Below are positions 10,279-20,900 of a DNA stretch of 64,000 nt, piece by piece. The notes under the pieces were generated by a model. It saw only the letters and a list, made by a program, of their open reading frames with translations, ran no database searches and was not told the origin of the DNA. Positions within the stretch are counted from its first letter, which is position 1. Each line of letters opens with the position of its first letter. A program made the translations under genes and the position numbers. The DNA comes from Candidatus Moraniibacteriota bacterium (GTDB taxonomy: Bacteria > Patescibacteriota > Minisyncoccia > Moranbacterales > GCA-2747515): NCBI GenBank assembly GCA_016699795.1, contig CP065011.1:546474-610473 (forward strand), in the 5' to 3' direction.

Positions 10279-11178
10279 ATGGCAACTCTTTATACTCAAG
10301 CAGATAAGAATGTTCGTCTTACGTGGATATATATCACAGGCTTTTTAGTTTTCGTAATCGGTGTTGGATATGTATTTTCTCAAGCGATGCAATCAAGTGG
10401 AATTTTATATTTTGCTGTTATTTTTTCTGTAGTGATGAGTTTCGGATCTTATTGGTGGAGCGACTCGATTGTTCTTTCTATGAGCGGAGCAAAAGAGGTG
10501 ACAAGAGAAAATGCTCGTGAAATATATACTATTGTGGAAAACTTGTGTATAACCGCAGGCATTCCTATTCCAAAGATATATGTAATACAAGACAGTGCTC
10601 TCAATGCTTTCGCCACAGGAAGGAATCCGGATCATAGCGCTATAGCCTTTACTACAGGGATTCTTGAGCGTCTCGAAAAACTTGAGTTGGAAGGTGTTGT
10701 GGCTCATGAACTCTCTCATATAAAAAATAAAGACATACTTTTATCTACCGTTGTTGTTATTCTTGTTGGTTTTGTAACTCTTTTGGCTGATTTTTTCGGA
10801 CGATGGGCTTTTTGGGGTGGAAATCGTCGAAATAGCGGAGGTCAAGATGGAAGAGTTCAGCTTATCTTTATGATTATAGCGATAGTTTTTTGGTTATTAG
10901 CCCCTCTTACGGCGATGTTATTGCAACTGGCCATTTCTCGAAAACGGGAGTTTCTTGCTGATGCAAGTGGAGCGCTTCTTACTCGTTATCCCGAAGGACT
11001 TGCAAGTGCTCTTGAAAAAATTTCTTCAGATCCTAAGCCTTTGGACAGAGCAAATCGAGCCACAGCACATCTTTTTATAGCGAATCCTTTTAAGGGGAGT
11101 AAAATATCAAAACTTTTTATGACGCATCCTCCAGTAGAAGACCGCATACAACAATTACGTGGAGGAAAAGATGTATAA
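10279..11178 (+). CDS. htpX: Zn-dependent M48 protease HtpX
   Basis: HELSHIKNKD HExxH motif, four TM segments, C-terminal MTHPPVEDRIQ. Confidence 0.85.
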   Translation: MATLYTQADKNVRLTWIYITGFLVFVIGVGYVFSQAMQSSGILYFAVIFSVVMSFGSYWWSDSIVLSMSGAKEVTRENAREIYTIVENLCITAGIPIPKIYVIQDSALNAFATGRNPDHSAIAFTTGILERLEKLELEGVVAHELSHIKNKDILLSTVVVILVGFVTLLADFFGRWAFWGGNRRNSGGQDGRVQLIFMIIAIVFWLLAPLTAMLLQLAISRKREFLADASGALLTRYPEGLASALEKISSDPKPLDRANRATAHLFIANPFKGSKISKLFMTHPPVEDRIQQLRGGKDV

Positions 11179-11458
11179 TAAATAGGAAAAGTTGTGCAAA
11201 GAGAGATCTAGCTTTTTTTGGTTTTTGTTAAGATTAAAAGAAGAATGAGTGTATATTCTTGGTAAAGTAAAGAAGAAATATAATTTTATTAGTTAAAATT
11301 GTAACTACTAATTAATAAAATTTTTTCAAAATATTCTGACAATCTTCAACTTTTTTCTTAATGCATCTTAGAAATTATAGAATGTCTACCGTAAAACAAA
11401 GGTGTAAATAAATTCCAAATAATTACAAAAACAAACAACGTTACAAAAACATAGTAAC

Positions 11459-11470
11459 TTGATATAATGG
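11459..11470 (+). promoter_or_regulatory. Extended -10 promoter element (TGATATAAT) upstream of the CBS gene
   Basis: acttgatataatgg lies about 55 nt upstream of the start. It is followed by a 6-bp hairpin and a GGAGGA RBS. Confidence 0.3.
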
Positions 11471-11523
11471 AATGAGGATTCCATTGGAGGAAAGGGCTTT
11501 ATGCTAATAATAAAAATCACTTT

Positions 11524-11991
11524 ATGAAAGTTCAAGATATAATGACAAGAGAAGTAGTCTCTATTTCTTCAGATACTTCAGTTTCAGAAGTAGCTACTAT
11601 AATGTCTAAGAATCGATTTCATGGAGTGCCTGTACTTGAAGAAGGAAGGCTTATCGGAATTATAACGGAAACAGATTTTTATGTGCGTGGAACTAATATT
11701 TTTCTCCCCTCTTTTATAACTTTTTTACAAGATATCGATACGGTTGGCCCCATGCATTCGAAAAAGAAGGGCTTCCTTAAACGTGTTATACAAGCAAAGG
11801 CAAAAGATATCATGACTTCACAATGTATTACTGTAGATGAAACGATGAGTCTTTCAGATCTTCTTTCCTTTTTTCAAGAAACAAATTATCACACACTTCC
11901 TGTTGTAGATAAAGATAAAAAGATGATTGGTATTGTTACACGAACGGATTTACTAAAACTTATCAGTATTCAAAAAGACGAGATTGTATGA
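11524..11991 (+). CDS. CBS-pair domain protein
   Basis: Two CBS motifs: HGVPVLEEGRLIGIITETDF and HTLPVVDKDKKMIGIVTRTDL. Confidence 0.7.
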   Translation: MKVQDIMTREVVSISSDTSVSEVATIMSKNRFHGVPVLEEGRLIGIITETDFYVRGTNIFLPSFITFLQDIDTVGPMHSKKKGFLKRVIQAKAKDIMTSQCITVDETMSLSDLLSFFQETNYHTLPVVDKDKKMIGIVTRTDLLKLISIQKDEIV

Positions 11992-13652
11992 GTAAGTTCA
12001 ATGCATTTTTAAATAAAGTGTCACAAGGACGTCTTTCTAAAAATAAAGAATTTTCTCCTGAAAGAACTATCGATCGAGATGCTATGGAAATATATTCGTG
12101 GTGGAAACATACCTACGTTTATATTCGAAAAAATAAAATACGCGCTTGGCAAGTAGTTTTTCTTTTGGCTTTTATCGCGGGAATTATCGTTACAACTTTA
12201 TGGCTTATAACGATACGAATTGAAAATAAATCCGATGCTACTGACGGGGGAAAAGAAATTTCAATGGATATCATTAAGTATAAAGGATGTATCGCTGACG
12301 GTGTCTTATCTGGATATGGAGATGATACAGATAATTCCATTCTTTTGCTTGAGAGATCTGAATGTCAGTATCTTCATAGAGCGGTGGAAACGTGGACAGC
12401 ACATCCAAATTTTACTCTTGTAGAAGAAAATTTGAAAAAGTTTAAACGAGAGGATTTTATATTTGGGATGTTTTTAGCAGAAGCGTTGGATCCGAGATTG
12501 GAATATAAAGATGATAATAAAAAATTTGTTTTTTCTAAAATGTGCAAAGAGGGAAGTGAAGGTTTCTGGGGCCCTGATACCTGTAAAGCTGATTTTTCAA
12601 AAAAAGAATATCGAAAATATCTAGATCATATAACGCAAAGAGCTATGGATTTGGGGATTCAGAGCTTTCTTTTCGGTCAAATAATGTTTCAAGATGACAA
12701 AATAAATACAGATTCTTATGCATATGATATAGTTTCAGATATGAGAGATTATGCTCAAAAAACGGGAAAAAAAATTATCATTGGAGCTCAAACAAACACA
12801 ATAACAAACGAATCTTATTTGCGGATGTTTGATTATATTGAAGGTGGTGTTGGTATTAATACTGTAGGTGATATTGAAAATGGTCCTTGTTTTTCTTTTC
12901 AGGGAAATGACCAATTTAAAAATTGGTGTTGGGCATTGCTCTGGAACGAAAGATATGCCTCTCGAGCAAATAATGTACTTTTACATTTAGATTGGCGTGG
13001 GGACAAAACAGATGATATGAGTATTTTTGCAAGGATGGATCAAAATGTAAGAAAAAAAACACTTAGAAATCTTTATAATTTTTTTCGAGAGAAGGAGATG
13101 GGATTTCTCTTACCGATGCTTGCAGTAGTCGCAAAGGATAATAATGGAGGGTGTTATGGGCCAAAAGAAAATTTTTATTCCCCGGATAATAATTTAGGCT
13201 GTCAAGATGAGAATGCTATTAATAATATTCTTGCCTTGCGTGAGGATGAAGAGTTTATTCTTGTAAACAAGGAAGTTATTCCGGAAAATAAAGAAGTTCA
13301 AACGAATGACGCCGTATTTATTTCACAGATTGTACCTCAAGAAATGATAGCGGGGCAAAAATATACTATTTCTCTTTCTTTAAAAAATTCAGGAAAAGCA
13401 TCGTGGACTAATACTGAGAAATATGCACTTGGTTCACAAAGTCCTCAAGATAATAATCTTTGGGGAGGAAGAATATTTCTTACTCCTGAAGAAGTGGTAG
13501 CTCCAGGACAAACAAAACATTTTATATTTATTGTAACAGCACCAAAAGAAAGTGGAGAGTATATGTTTCAATGGAGAATGGTACAAGAATTTAAAGAATG
13601 GTTTGGGAATTTTACAACCAAAACTCCTATTCGTGTTATAAATCTTAGTTGA
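11988..13652 (+). CDS. Hypothetical membrane-anchored extracytoplasmic protein (554 aa)
   Basis: Long ORF with typical codon usage. One TM helix near the N-terminus. Start overlaps the CBS gene stop (ATGA). Confidence 0.5.
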   Translation: MSKFNAFLNKVSQGRLSKNKEFSPERTIDRDAMEIYSWWKHTYVYIRKNKIRAWQVVFLLAFIAGIIVTTLWLITIRIENKSDATDGGKEISMDIIKYKGCIADGVLSGYGDDTDNSILLLERSECQYLHRAVETWTAHPNFTLVEENLKKFKREDFIFGMFLAEALDPRLEYKDDNKKFVFSKMCKEGSEGFWGPDTCKADFSKKEYRKYLDHITQRAMDLGIQSFLFGQIMFQDDKINTDSYAYDIVSDMRDYAQKTGKKIIIGAQTNTITNESYLRMFDYIEGGVGINTVGDIENGPCFSFQGNDQFKNWCWALLWNERYASRANNVLLHLDWRGDKTDDMSIFARMDQNVRKKTLRNLYNFFREKEMGFLLPMLAVVAKDNNGGCYGPKENFYSPDNNLGCQDENAINNILALREDEEFILVNKEVIPENKEVQTNDAVFISQIVPQEMIAGQKYTISLSLKNSGKASWTNTEKYALGSQSPQDNNLWGGRIFLTPEEVVAPGQTKHFIFIVTAPKESGEYMFQWRMVQEFKEWFGNFTTKTPIRVINLS

Positions 13653-13849
13653 AAAGAAACTTCAATAAAGATGCTGTAGGTATTTTTGGTAGATACTAAT
13701 CTTTTGCAAAAATTTTTAATACGAAAAACTTCTTGAAAAGAAGGATATTTTGAAAGTTTTTTAGAAAAATAACATTTTTAAGTGGAGAAAATTATTGACA
13801 AAGTGTCAGATAAGATATTTAAATTTCTCATAAGAAGATGGTTTGAAGG

Positions 13850-14407
13850 TTGAAAAAAAGAATATCTGGAGAGGGAAAAGGGCAAAAGAAAATTATGGAG
13901 CAATATCTTTGGACACGGCATAGTCAATTTAAGATGAAACAATACGGTTTAAGTGAACAACGAATCAAAAGAGTGATACGAAACCCTGAAAGAGTGGAAA
14001 AAGGTATTGTTCCTGGAATGATCGCATCTATGCAGATTTCTGGAACATCCAAAAATAAATACGAAGTTTGGGTTATGTATGAGGTAAAGACTTTTAATGG
14101 AAAACAGAAATCTCATAAAGAAGATTCTGGCTTTTACGGCTCAAATAATGGAAATTCAGAATTGAGTTATGGGAATTTTTATAAGAAAAATAAGGTAAAA
14201 TTTCAAACATCATCTTTTAAATCTCAGACGATGTCACCTGCTCAGAAATTTCGTTTGGAGCGACAAGAAGCTTTTTTGATAGAAAGGGATATGAGTTATA
14301 GAGGAAAAAAATTGTGCATTATTAGTACTTGGAAATATCCAGGAGAAAGTCCAAAAAGAGATCCTATTCCACAAGATATTTTGAAAGAAATTCGAAAATT
14401 TCGATGA
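13850..14407 (+). CDS. Hypothetical protein (185 aa)
   Basis: ORF with a basic N-terminus. No family recognised. Confidence 0.35.
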   Translation: MKKRISGEGKGQKKIMEQYLWTRHSQFKMKQYGLSEQRIKRVIRNPERVEKGIVPGMIASMQISGTSKNKYEVWVMYEVKTFNGKQKSHKEDSGFYGSNNGNSELSYGNFYKKNKVKFQTSSFKSQTMSPAQKFRLERQEAFLIERDMSYRGKKLCIISTWKYPGESPKRDPIPQDILKEIRKFR

Positions 14408-14425
14408 TGTGGTATACTTGAGCGT

Positions 14426-15415
14426 ATGATAACAGATTCATCACAACAACCCGAAGAAGAGAAAATCGAAATAACGTTGAGACCGAGAAATTTTGATGAG
14501 TATGTGGGTCAGGAAAAAATTAAGAAAAATCTTGCTATTGTTATTGGTGCCGCCAAAAAACGAGGAGATCCTATCGAACATACATTATTGTACGGTCCTC
14601 CAGGATTGGGAAAAACAACACTTGCTCATATTATTGCCAGAGAGATGAATGCAAATATAAAAATAACTTCAGGACCTGCTATTGAGCGAATTGGTGATCT
14701 TGGATCCATCCTCACCAATTTGAATGATGGAGACGTTCTTTTTATCGATGAAATTCACAGACTCAATAAAACGGTAGAAGAGATACTCTATCCAGCAATG
14801 GAGGATCATAAACTAGATATTATTATTGGAAAAGGACCTTCTGCTAGAACGCTTCAATTAGATCTGCCAAATTTCACAATAATCGGAGCAACTACAAGGC
14901 TAGGATCATTATCAGCACCACTTAGGGATCGCTTTGGTATTGTGCATCGATTGGAATTTTATGAAACCTATGAAGTAGAAGAAATACTTGAAAGAGCTGG
15001 GAAGATACTCGGAGTAAGAGTGGATTCTGAAGGAAAATCAATTATTGCTAAATGTTCTCGTTGTACCCCAAGAATAGCTAATAGATTGCTCAAAAGAGTT
15101 CGAGATGTGGCTCAAATAGAGGATGCTCCTATTATTACTCAAGATATTGCAAAAAGAGCCTTAGATATGTTAGAAATTGATGAAATAGGTTTAGATCCAT
15201 CAGATCGAAGAATCCTTGATGCAATTATTACAAAATTTGGAGGTGGTCCTGTGGGGGTACAAACAATAGCTGCTGCAACGTCTGAAGAGGTACAAACGAT
15301 CGAAGATGTTTATGAGCCCTATCTTATGAAGCTTGGTTTTTTGGAACGAACTTCGAGAGGGCGTATGGTTACAGAGGCTTGTCTTCTTCATTTAGGAAAA
15401 CGGGTCTTGAAATAA
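14426..15415 (+). CDS. ruvB: Holliday junction DNA helicase RuvB
   Basis: [19 protein letters not shown], Walker [16 protein letters not shown], and the C-terminal winged-helix region. Confidence 0.95.
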   Translation: MITDSSQQPEEEKIEITLRPRNFDEYVGQEKIKKNLAIVIGAAKKRGDPIEHTLLYGPPGLGKTTLAHIIAREMNANIKITSGPAIERIGDLGSILTNLNDGDVLFIDEIHRLNKTVEEILYPAMEDHKLDIIIGKGPSARTLQLDLPNFTIIGATTRLGSLSAPLRDRFGIVHRLEFYETYEVEEILERAGKILGVRVDSEGKSIIAKCSRCTPRIANRLLKRVRDVAQIEDAPIITQDIAKRALDMLEIDEIGLDPSDRRILDAIITKFGGGPVGVQTIAAATSEEVQTIEDVYEPYLMKLGFLERTSRGRMVTEACLLHLGKRVLK

Positions 15416-15442
15416 ATGGTAATTCTTTGGTAGAATTCTTAT

Positions 15443-15682
15443 ATGATACTACTTATTTCTTCTTTCTTTGTTTTTTTTCTTCTTATTGTGGGTATTTTTG
15501 CTTTATTTATCGTGTATCATTTGCGTCAATACAATACTCATAGTGGATTTGCCAATCTTCAAATTACTATCTTTCTTTTTGTTTTAGGCTTTTTGATTAT
15601 AATGAGCATACTTTCCTTTGCTGGACTTCCTTTGGATGAGTTTCTTGGAAACGGTAATGCATCAGATATTTCATTTCCTTAA
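15443..15682 (+). CDS. Small hydrophobic membrane protein (79 aa)
   Basis: Two predicted TM helices. Placed between ruvB and the next gene. Confidence 0.3.
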   Translation: MILLISSFFVFFLLIVGIFALFIVYHLRQYNTHSGFANLQITIFLFVLGFLIIMSILSFAGLPLDEFLGNGNASDISFP

Positions 15683-15691
15683 AGAAAAAAT

Positions 15692-16261
15692 ATGGTAGGA
15701 TCATATCATTTTAAAGGTCAAGAAGATGGAGAAGAAATTATCCGTGTGATTCGCCGACATTGGTTTGATATTACTATGCAGTTTCTTCCTATTATAGGAG
15801 CGATACTTGCACTTTCTGTACTTTTTCCCATACTTTCTTCAACACTTATTTTGGATATACAAGCCTCTGTTTATTGGTTTTTTGCTTCTTTTTTGGGAAT
15901 TTGTTTTTGGTTAGTTGCAAGTATTATCTGGATCGATTACTATCTGGATGTGTGGATTATGACGAATAGACGCGTAGTGAATGTTACGCAAAAAGGACTC
16001 TTTTTTCGCCACGTGAGCGATCTTCGCTACAATAAAATTCAAGACATTACAACGGAAGTGACAGGACTCATTCCTACATTTCTTAATTATGGTGATGTAT
16101 TTATTCAAACAGCGGGAACTGAGCCAAGATTTATTTTTCATAATGTGGGGAATCCTTATTTAATCAAGGATGAACTTGTAGCACTGCAAAAAAGAATGAG
16201 ACGAGGAGATATTACCGAAATGAAAAGACTGCTTCACGATGATGGAACGGCTGATATATAA
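15692..16261 (+). CDS. Membrane protein with bacterial PH-like domain (bPH_2/YdbS-like)
   Basis: EEIIRVIRRHWFDITMQ followed by two TM helices and a C-terminal globular domain. Confidence 0.4.
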   Translation: MVGSYHFKGQEDGEEIIRVIRRHWFDITMQFLPIIGAILALSVLFPILSSTLILDIQASVYWFFASFLGICFWLVASIIWIDYYLDVWIMTNRRVVNVTQKGLFFRHVSDLRYNKIQDITTEVTGLIPTFLNYGDVFIQTAGTEPRFIFHNVGNPYLIKDELVALQKRMRRGDITEMKRLLHDDGTADI

Positions 16262-18830
16262 GATGAGACGGGAGAAAAAGAGAAGGATAATTTTTGGAAT
16301 AAGTTTTCTTTGTTTTTTATTTTTGGGAAATTCTTGTGTGTATGCTGAGGAAAAAGAAATTTTTTCTCTTCGTATAAATGAAGTTCGTCTTACAGGAGGG
16401 ACGGGAAAATCAAATGAAGATTTTGTAGAAATATATAACTTTGGAAAAGAATCGATTGATTTAAAGGGGTGGTCACTGCGAAAAGAAACTTCAGGTAAAA
16501 AAGAATACTCACTTTATAGCTTTAGTTCGGAATATATTCTCAAACCAGGAGAATTTTTTCTTTGGGCAAATAAAGATAATAATTATGCAGATTCTCTTGG
16601 TGCAGATGCAAAAAATGGAAATACTCTAACGTATGAAAATAGAATCTTTCTTCAAAATAAAGAAGAAGATGAAATAGATTCTTATTTTTTTGAAAAAAGT
16701 AATCAGTACACAAGCGCCTTTGATGGGGAAAAATGGAAATGGGTTTGCAATGAAACTCCAAAGAAAGAAAATAATTTTTCTGGTTTTTTGGGTGAAAGAA
16801 CGCTTCGATTAGAAGAACTTTTACCAGATCCAGAATCAGATCAAAATGAATTTGTAGAACTGTATAATTATGGAGAAAAAGAAATTAATCTTTCAGGATG
16901 GTTTGTGAGTGATGCTGTCGAGAAAAAGGCTTTATCAGGAATTCTTGCTCCTGGTGAATATAGAGCGGATTCTTTTGGCCTTTCTCTCAATAATACAAAA
17001 GAAAAAATCTCTCTTATCGATAAATGTGAAGGATCTGTGGATACGTTTGAATACGAAGATTCTCACAAAGGAAAAAGTTGGTCTTTTGATGAAGAAAAAT
17101 GGCGAGAAACACCTTTTGTAACAAAGGGAGAAAAAAATAATTTTCCCCAAAAAATACAAGAACCAACTATTCGATTAAACGAGATAATGCCAAGTCCTTC
17201 AGAAGATCAAGAAAATAACGAATTTATTGAGATATATAATTTCGGAAAGAGTGCTGTGGATATAGGATATTGGTCATTAAAAGATGCGTCTGATACAGGA
17301 TACGTTTTTCCACGACAAACAATAATAACTCCAAACGAATATAAAGTTTTTTATAGAAAGGATTTTTCTTTTGCTTTAAATGATAGTGGAAAAGAAACAG
17401 TATATCTTTTGGATCCTGCTGATTTTGAAGTAGATTCTACTTTGTATGAAGAGACAAAAAAAGATTTCTCTTTCTCTTTCGATGAAGAAAAAAAAGAATG
17501 GAAATTAACACCTTACACAAGTCCTCACGATAAAAATATCTTTCCTCTTCATCAAAAAGACGTAAAGATTCGATTGAATGAAATTTTACCAGATCCTGAT
17601 GGGGATGAAGCAAAAAATGAATATATAGAACTCTATAATTTTGATAACAAAGAAATTGATATTTCTTATTGGGGAATTCAGGACACATCGGGTGTTGAAT
17701 ATATTTTTCCTCAAGGAACTCGTATTGCTTCGGGCGAATACTTTTCTTTTTCTAGAAATATATTTAAATTTTCCCTCAATAACACAAAAGAAAAAATTTC
17801 TCTCAAAGATGCTACTGGTTACGAAATTGATTTTGTGACATACGAAAATACCAAAAAGAATATAAGTTGGAATAGAAATGAAAAAAATGAATGGAGAAAA
17901 AGTGCACATCTTACTCCTGGAAAGAAAAATAAATTTAATAATCTTCCTAAAATTTCAGAAAAGGATATTCCAAAAAAAGGATATGTTCATATGAAAACAC
18001 TTTTTTCTGCTCATGCTAAAGATGAGGATGGAGATGAAATAAAATACCGATGGGAATTTGGAGATGGAAAAAAGAGCTATTTAGAAAATACTTCTCATAT
18101 ATATGAAAAGAAAGGAAGATACGAAGTATCTTTATATGTAAATGATGGCATAGAAGAAGTTGTTTTTTCGAAGTCCCTTGTTATTTCTAAATATCCTGAA
18201 TTTAAGGCAAAAATAGTAGCCTTTGTTCCAAATCCTGCAGGACGTGATACCGATAATGAGTGGATAGAAATTATAAATGAAGATGAAAAAACACTTGATT
18301 TGTCTTTCTGGTCTATTGCTACAGGAGCTGATGCAAAAAAACTTGTCAATCATCCCCTTCGTGATGTTGTAAAGATTGAACCTGGAAAAACAGAGAAAAT
18401 ATATCGAACGCAAAGTTCTTTTTCCTTGAGAAACTCTTCAGGAATAATTGAACTTCGTCGGCCAAATCAAACAGTTGCTCATACTGTTTCGTATGAAAAG
18501 GAGAAAATAAATGAAGGTGATACCTATCAATTTTCTTCTGGTTTATGGGGGTGGATATCGAAAGAAAAAGGAAAAGAAGTATTGTCTAAAGAAGAATCTG
18601 TCGTAGAGGAAAAAGAAGAATTTGTTTTGGGATCTTCAATTGAGAGAGAACGATATTTTTATAAAGGAATATTTATTTTGGAATACGAAAAAAGGAGACA
18701 TCTTTTGGGATATGAAGAAAAGAAATATGTAGACAAAAGAGGTGATCAATTTGTTTTTACAAGAGGTGGTCTTATAAAACAACATTCGTGGTGGACTCGA
18801 TGTCTTTGGGGGGCATGTTTGGAAGGGTAA
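16239..18830 (+). CDS. Secreted lamin-tail-domain (LTD) repeat protein with a PKD-like domain
   Basis: Five LTD units (e.g. LRINEVRLTGGTG..EDFVEIYNFGKESIDLKGWSL, IRLNEILPDPDGDEAKNEYIELYNFDNKEIDISYWGI). PKD-like YRWEFGDGKKSYLENTSHIYEKKGRYEVSLYVNDG. N-terminal signal. Confidence 0.8.
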   Translation: MMERLIYKMRREKKRRIIFGISFLCFLFLGNSCVYAEEKEIFSLRINEVRLTGGTGKSNEDFVEIYNFGKESIDLKGWSLRKETSGKKEYSLYSFSSEYILKPGEFFLWANKDNNYADSLGADAKNGNTLTYENRIFLQNKEEDEIDSYFFEKSNQYTSAFDGEKWKWVCNETPKKENNFSGFLGERTLRLEELLPDPESDQNEFVELYNYGEKEINLSGWFVSDAVEKKALSGILAPGEYRADSFGLSLNNTKEKISLIDKCEGSVDTFEYEDSHKGKSWSFDEEKWRETPFVTKGEKNNFPQKIQEPTIRLNEIMPSPSEDQENNEFIEIYNFGKSAVDIGYWSLKDASDTGYVFPRQTIITPNEYKVFYRKDFSFALNDSGKETVYLLDPADFEVDSTLYEETKKDFSFSFDEEKKEWKLTPYTSPHDKNIFPLHQKDVKIRLNEILPDPDGDEAKNEYIELYNFDNKEIDISYWGIQDTSGVEYIFPQGTRIASGEYFSFSRNIFKFSLNNTKEKISLKDATGYEIDFVTYENTKKNISWNRNEKNEWRKSAHLTPGKKNKFNNLPKISEKDIPKKGYVHMKTLFSAHAKDEDGDEIKYRWEFGDGKKSYLENTSHIYEKKGRYEVSLYVNDGIEEVVFSKSLVISKYPEFKAKIVAFVPNPAGRDTDNEWIEIINEDEKTLDLSFWSIATGADAKKLVNHPLRDVVKIEPGKTEKIYRTQSSFSLRNSSGIIELRRPNQTVAHTVSYEKEKINEGDTYQFSSGLWGWISKEKGKEVLSKEESVVEEKEEFVLGSSIERERYFYKGIFILEYEKRRHLLGYEEKKYVDKRGDQFVFTRGGLIKQHSWWTRCLWGACLEG

Positions 18831-19245
18831 TGCTTCTTGTCGAGTCACTTTCCCATACGAAAGAAAGAAAAAGAGCTTTTTTGTTCAGTACAGAAGAAAT
18901 ATTTTCTGGCCATTCGAGAAGTATGAGTGTTTCAGGTTTCTGTATTATTTCCTCCCATCCGAGATTGAGAATGTCGGACGATTGTATTCTGTACGCATCG
19001 ATATGATACAAAAAAGAAATACCATTTTTCTTTTTTGAAAGAGGATATTCTTTGATAAGGGAGAAAGTAGGGCTGGTATAGGGAGGATCAGCATTGAAAA
19101 AAGAAAGGATTCCTTGTGTGAAAGTAGTTTTTCCACTACCAAGACCTCCTTCGAGACAAAGAAGTGTTTGCCCTGAAAGTGTCCTTGAAAAGGTTTGGGC
19201 AAGATCTTTTGTTTCTTCAACGGAATTTGTTCTATAGAGTTTCAT
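18772..19245 (-). CDS. tsaE: tRNA threonylcarbamoyladenosine biosynthesis ATPase TsaE
   Basis: 157 aa, P-loop LCLEGGLGSGKTTFTQGI. Its 3' end overlaps the convergent LTD gene. Confidence 0.7.
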   Translation of the reverse strand: MKLYRTNSVEETKDLAQTFSRTLSGQTLLCLEGGLGSGKTTFTQGILSFFNADPPYTSPTFSLIKEYPLSKKKNGISFLYHIDAYRIQSSDILNLGWEEIIQKPETLILLEWPENISSVLNKKALFLSFVWESDSTRSITLPNMPPKDIESTTNVVL

Positions 19246-19612
19246 AAAAAAACTTTAGCATACTGTGAAAAAAAGAAAAAGCCTTCACAGGACTATTATT
19301 AACTCTCATTTACAGAAAGAAGATTGGCAATAAACACTTTATTTTATGGATATAAAAAAAGGATAAAAAATGAGAATAAAAATGTTTTTATATCATTTTG
19401 TGTTGTTTGACAATAAGACTCTCTTTTCGTACACTAACCCTCCGCTTGTTTATTCTCAAAAAGCTGAAAAGGAAGAAAAAAATATTTTTTTGAGATAGAA
19501 ATAAGAATGTAATTATACAATTTGAAAACTTTGTTCGAAAGGGGAAACGGAAAGATAGTGGTGGTAAAAAGGGTGTTTCTGAGTTAAGATTTTTCATTTT
19601 CTTTCTATAATT

Positions 19613-20743
19613 ATGGCACTTGATACTGATACTCAATTTTTTTCTGCTTTAGAGGGATCGAAATATCCTCTTGTTGTTCTCCCAGAAAATCCTTCGGGCG
19701 ATAGTATCTGTGCTGGACGTGCTCTTTCTTTGGTTTTAGAAAGATTAGGAAAGGAAGTTTCTCTTGTTTACTCTCAAACATTTGATTCTGCTTTTAATTT
19801 TGATTTTCTTTCTTGTCCAAAAGAAATACGACATAATCTCTTGGGTGTAAGAGATTTTGTTTTCATTTTTAATACAACAAGAAATCCTATTGGAAATGTT
19901 CGAACGGAACAAAGTGATGGAGAATTTCGTATTTATCTTACTCCACAGAAGGGATCAATTGACCCTCGAGATTTTTCTTTTATACCAACAGATATAAAAT
20001 ATGACAGGATTTTTCTTCTGGGTGTTCGGGATAAAGAATCTCTCGGAAATCTTTATGAGGAAAATGCAGATGTTTTTTTTGAAGTACCTCTTATAAATAT
20101 TGATGTTCGTTCTGATAATGAACAATATGCTCAAACGAACATTGTAGAAGTTACTTCTTCGAGTGTTTCAGAATTAATAACTAACCTTCTTTCTCGAGCA
20201 AAGAAGAATTATATTTCCGAAGAAATAGCACAATGCCTTTTGGCAGGAATTATTTGTGGAACGGAAAGTTTTCAATCAAGTGTGACGACGCCAAAATCAC
20301 TTCAATTCGCATCTTTTCTTATAGATAAAGGAGCTGATCAGCATGAGATTGTGAGAAATCTTTATAAGAAGCAATCTTTTTCTCTTCTTAAATTATTGGG
20401 AAAAGTTCTAGCCAAACTTCAATGGGAAGAGTCTTTGTCTATGATATGGGCTATGATTGAAATGAAAGACTTTTCTGAGAGTAAGGCAAGTTTTAAAGAT
20501 CTTCCTGCTATTATGGAGCGTATTCGAAGCTATACTTCGTCAGCTTCTTGTATTCTACTTTTATATGCTAATGAAGAAGGATTTTTTTCGGGAATTCTTC
20601 GGGCTAAAGATAAAAATATGTATATGAAACTCAATCTTATTATCCCGGGAGCAACCTTGGGAGACTATTATGTTTTTCACTGCAAAGAAAAATACACAGA
20701 AGAAGTGCAAAAAAATCTTTTGGAAAAGATAAAAACTCTCTAG
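19613..20743 (+). CDS. DHH/DHHA1-like (NrnA-like) protein with a degenerate DHH motif
   Basis: LVVLPENPSGDSICAGRALSLVLERLGKEV parallels the NrnA N-terminus but reads NPSGD rather than DHH. DHHA1-like GIICGTESFQSSVTTPKSLQFASFLIDKGAD. Confidence 0.4.
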   Translation: MALDTDTQFFSALEGSKYPLVVLPENPSGDSICAGRALSLVLERLGKEVSLVYSQTFDSAFNFDFLSCPKEIRHNLLGVRDFVFIFNTTRNPIGNVRTEQSDGEFRIYLTPQKGSIDPRDFSFIPTDIKYDRIFLLGVRDKESLGNLYEENADVFFEVPLINIDVRSDNEQYAQTNIVEVTSSSVSELITNLLSRAKKNYISEEIAQCLLAGIICGTESFQSSVTTPKSLQFASFLIDKGADQHEIVRNLYKKQSFSLLKLLGKVLAKLQWEESLSMIWAMIEMKDFSESKASFKDLPAIMERIRSYTSSASCILLLYANEEGFFSGILRAKDKNMYMKLNLIIPGATLGDYYVFHCKEKYTEEVQKNLLEKIKTL

Positions 20744-20900
20744 ATTTTTTCTAAGAATTTTTCATAAAAATTTATATTTTAGGGCTATTTAAAAAAGAAA
20801 AAGAGAAGAATGTAAACGAAAAAATATTCTATTTCAAAAAAATAAAAAAAGTGGTAGGATACAAGTATTCAAATATCTCTAAAAAACGAAAAAAATAGAT

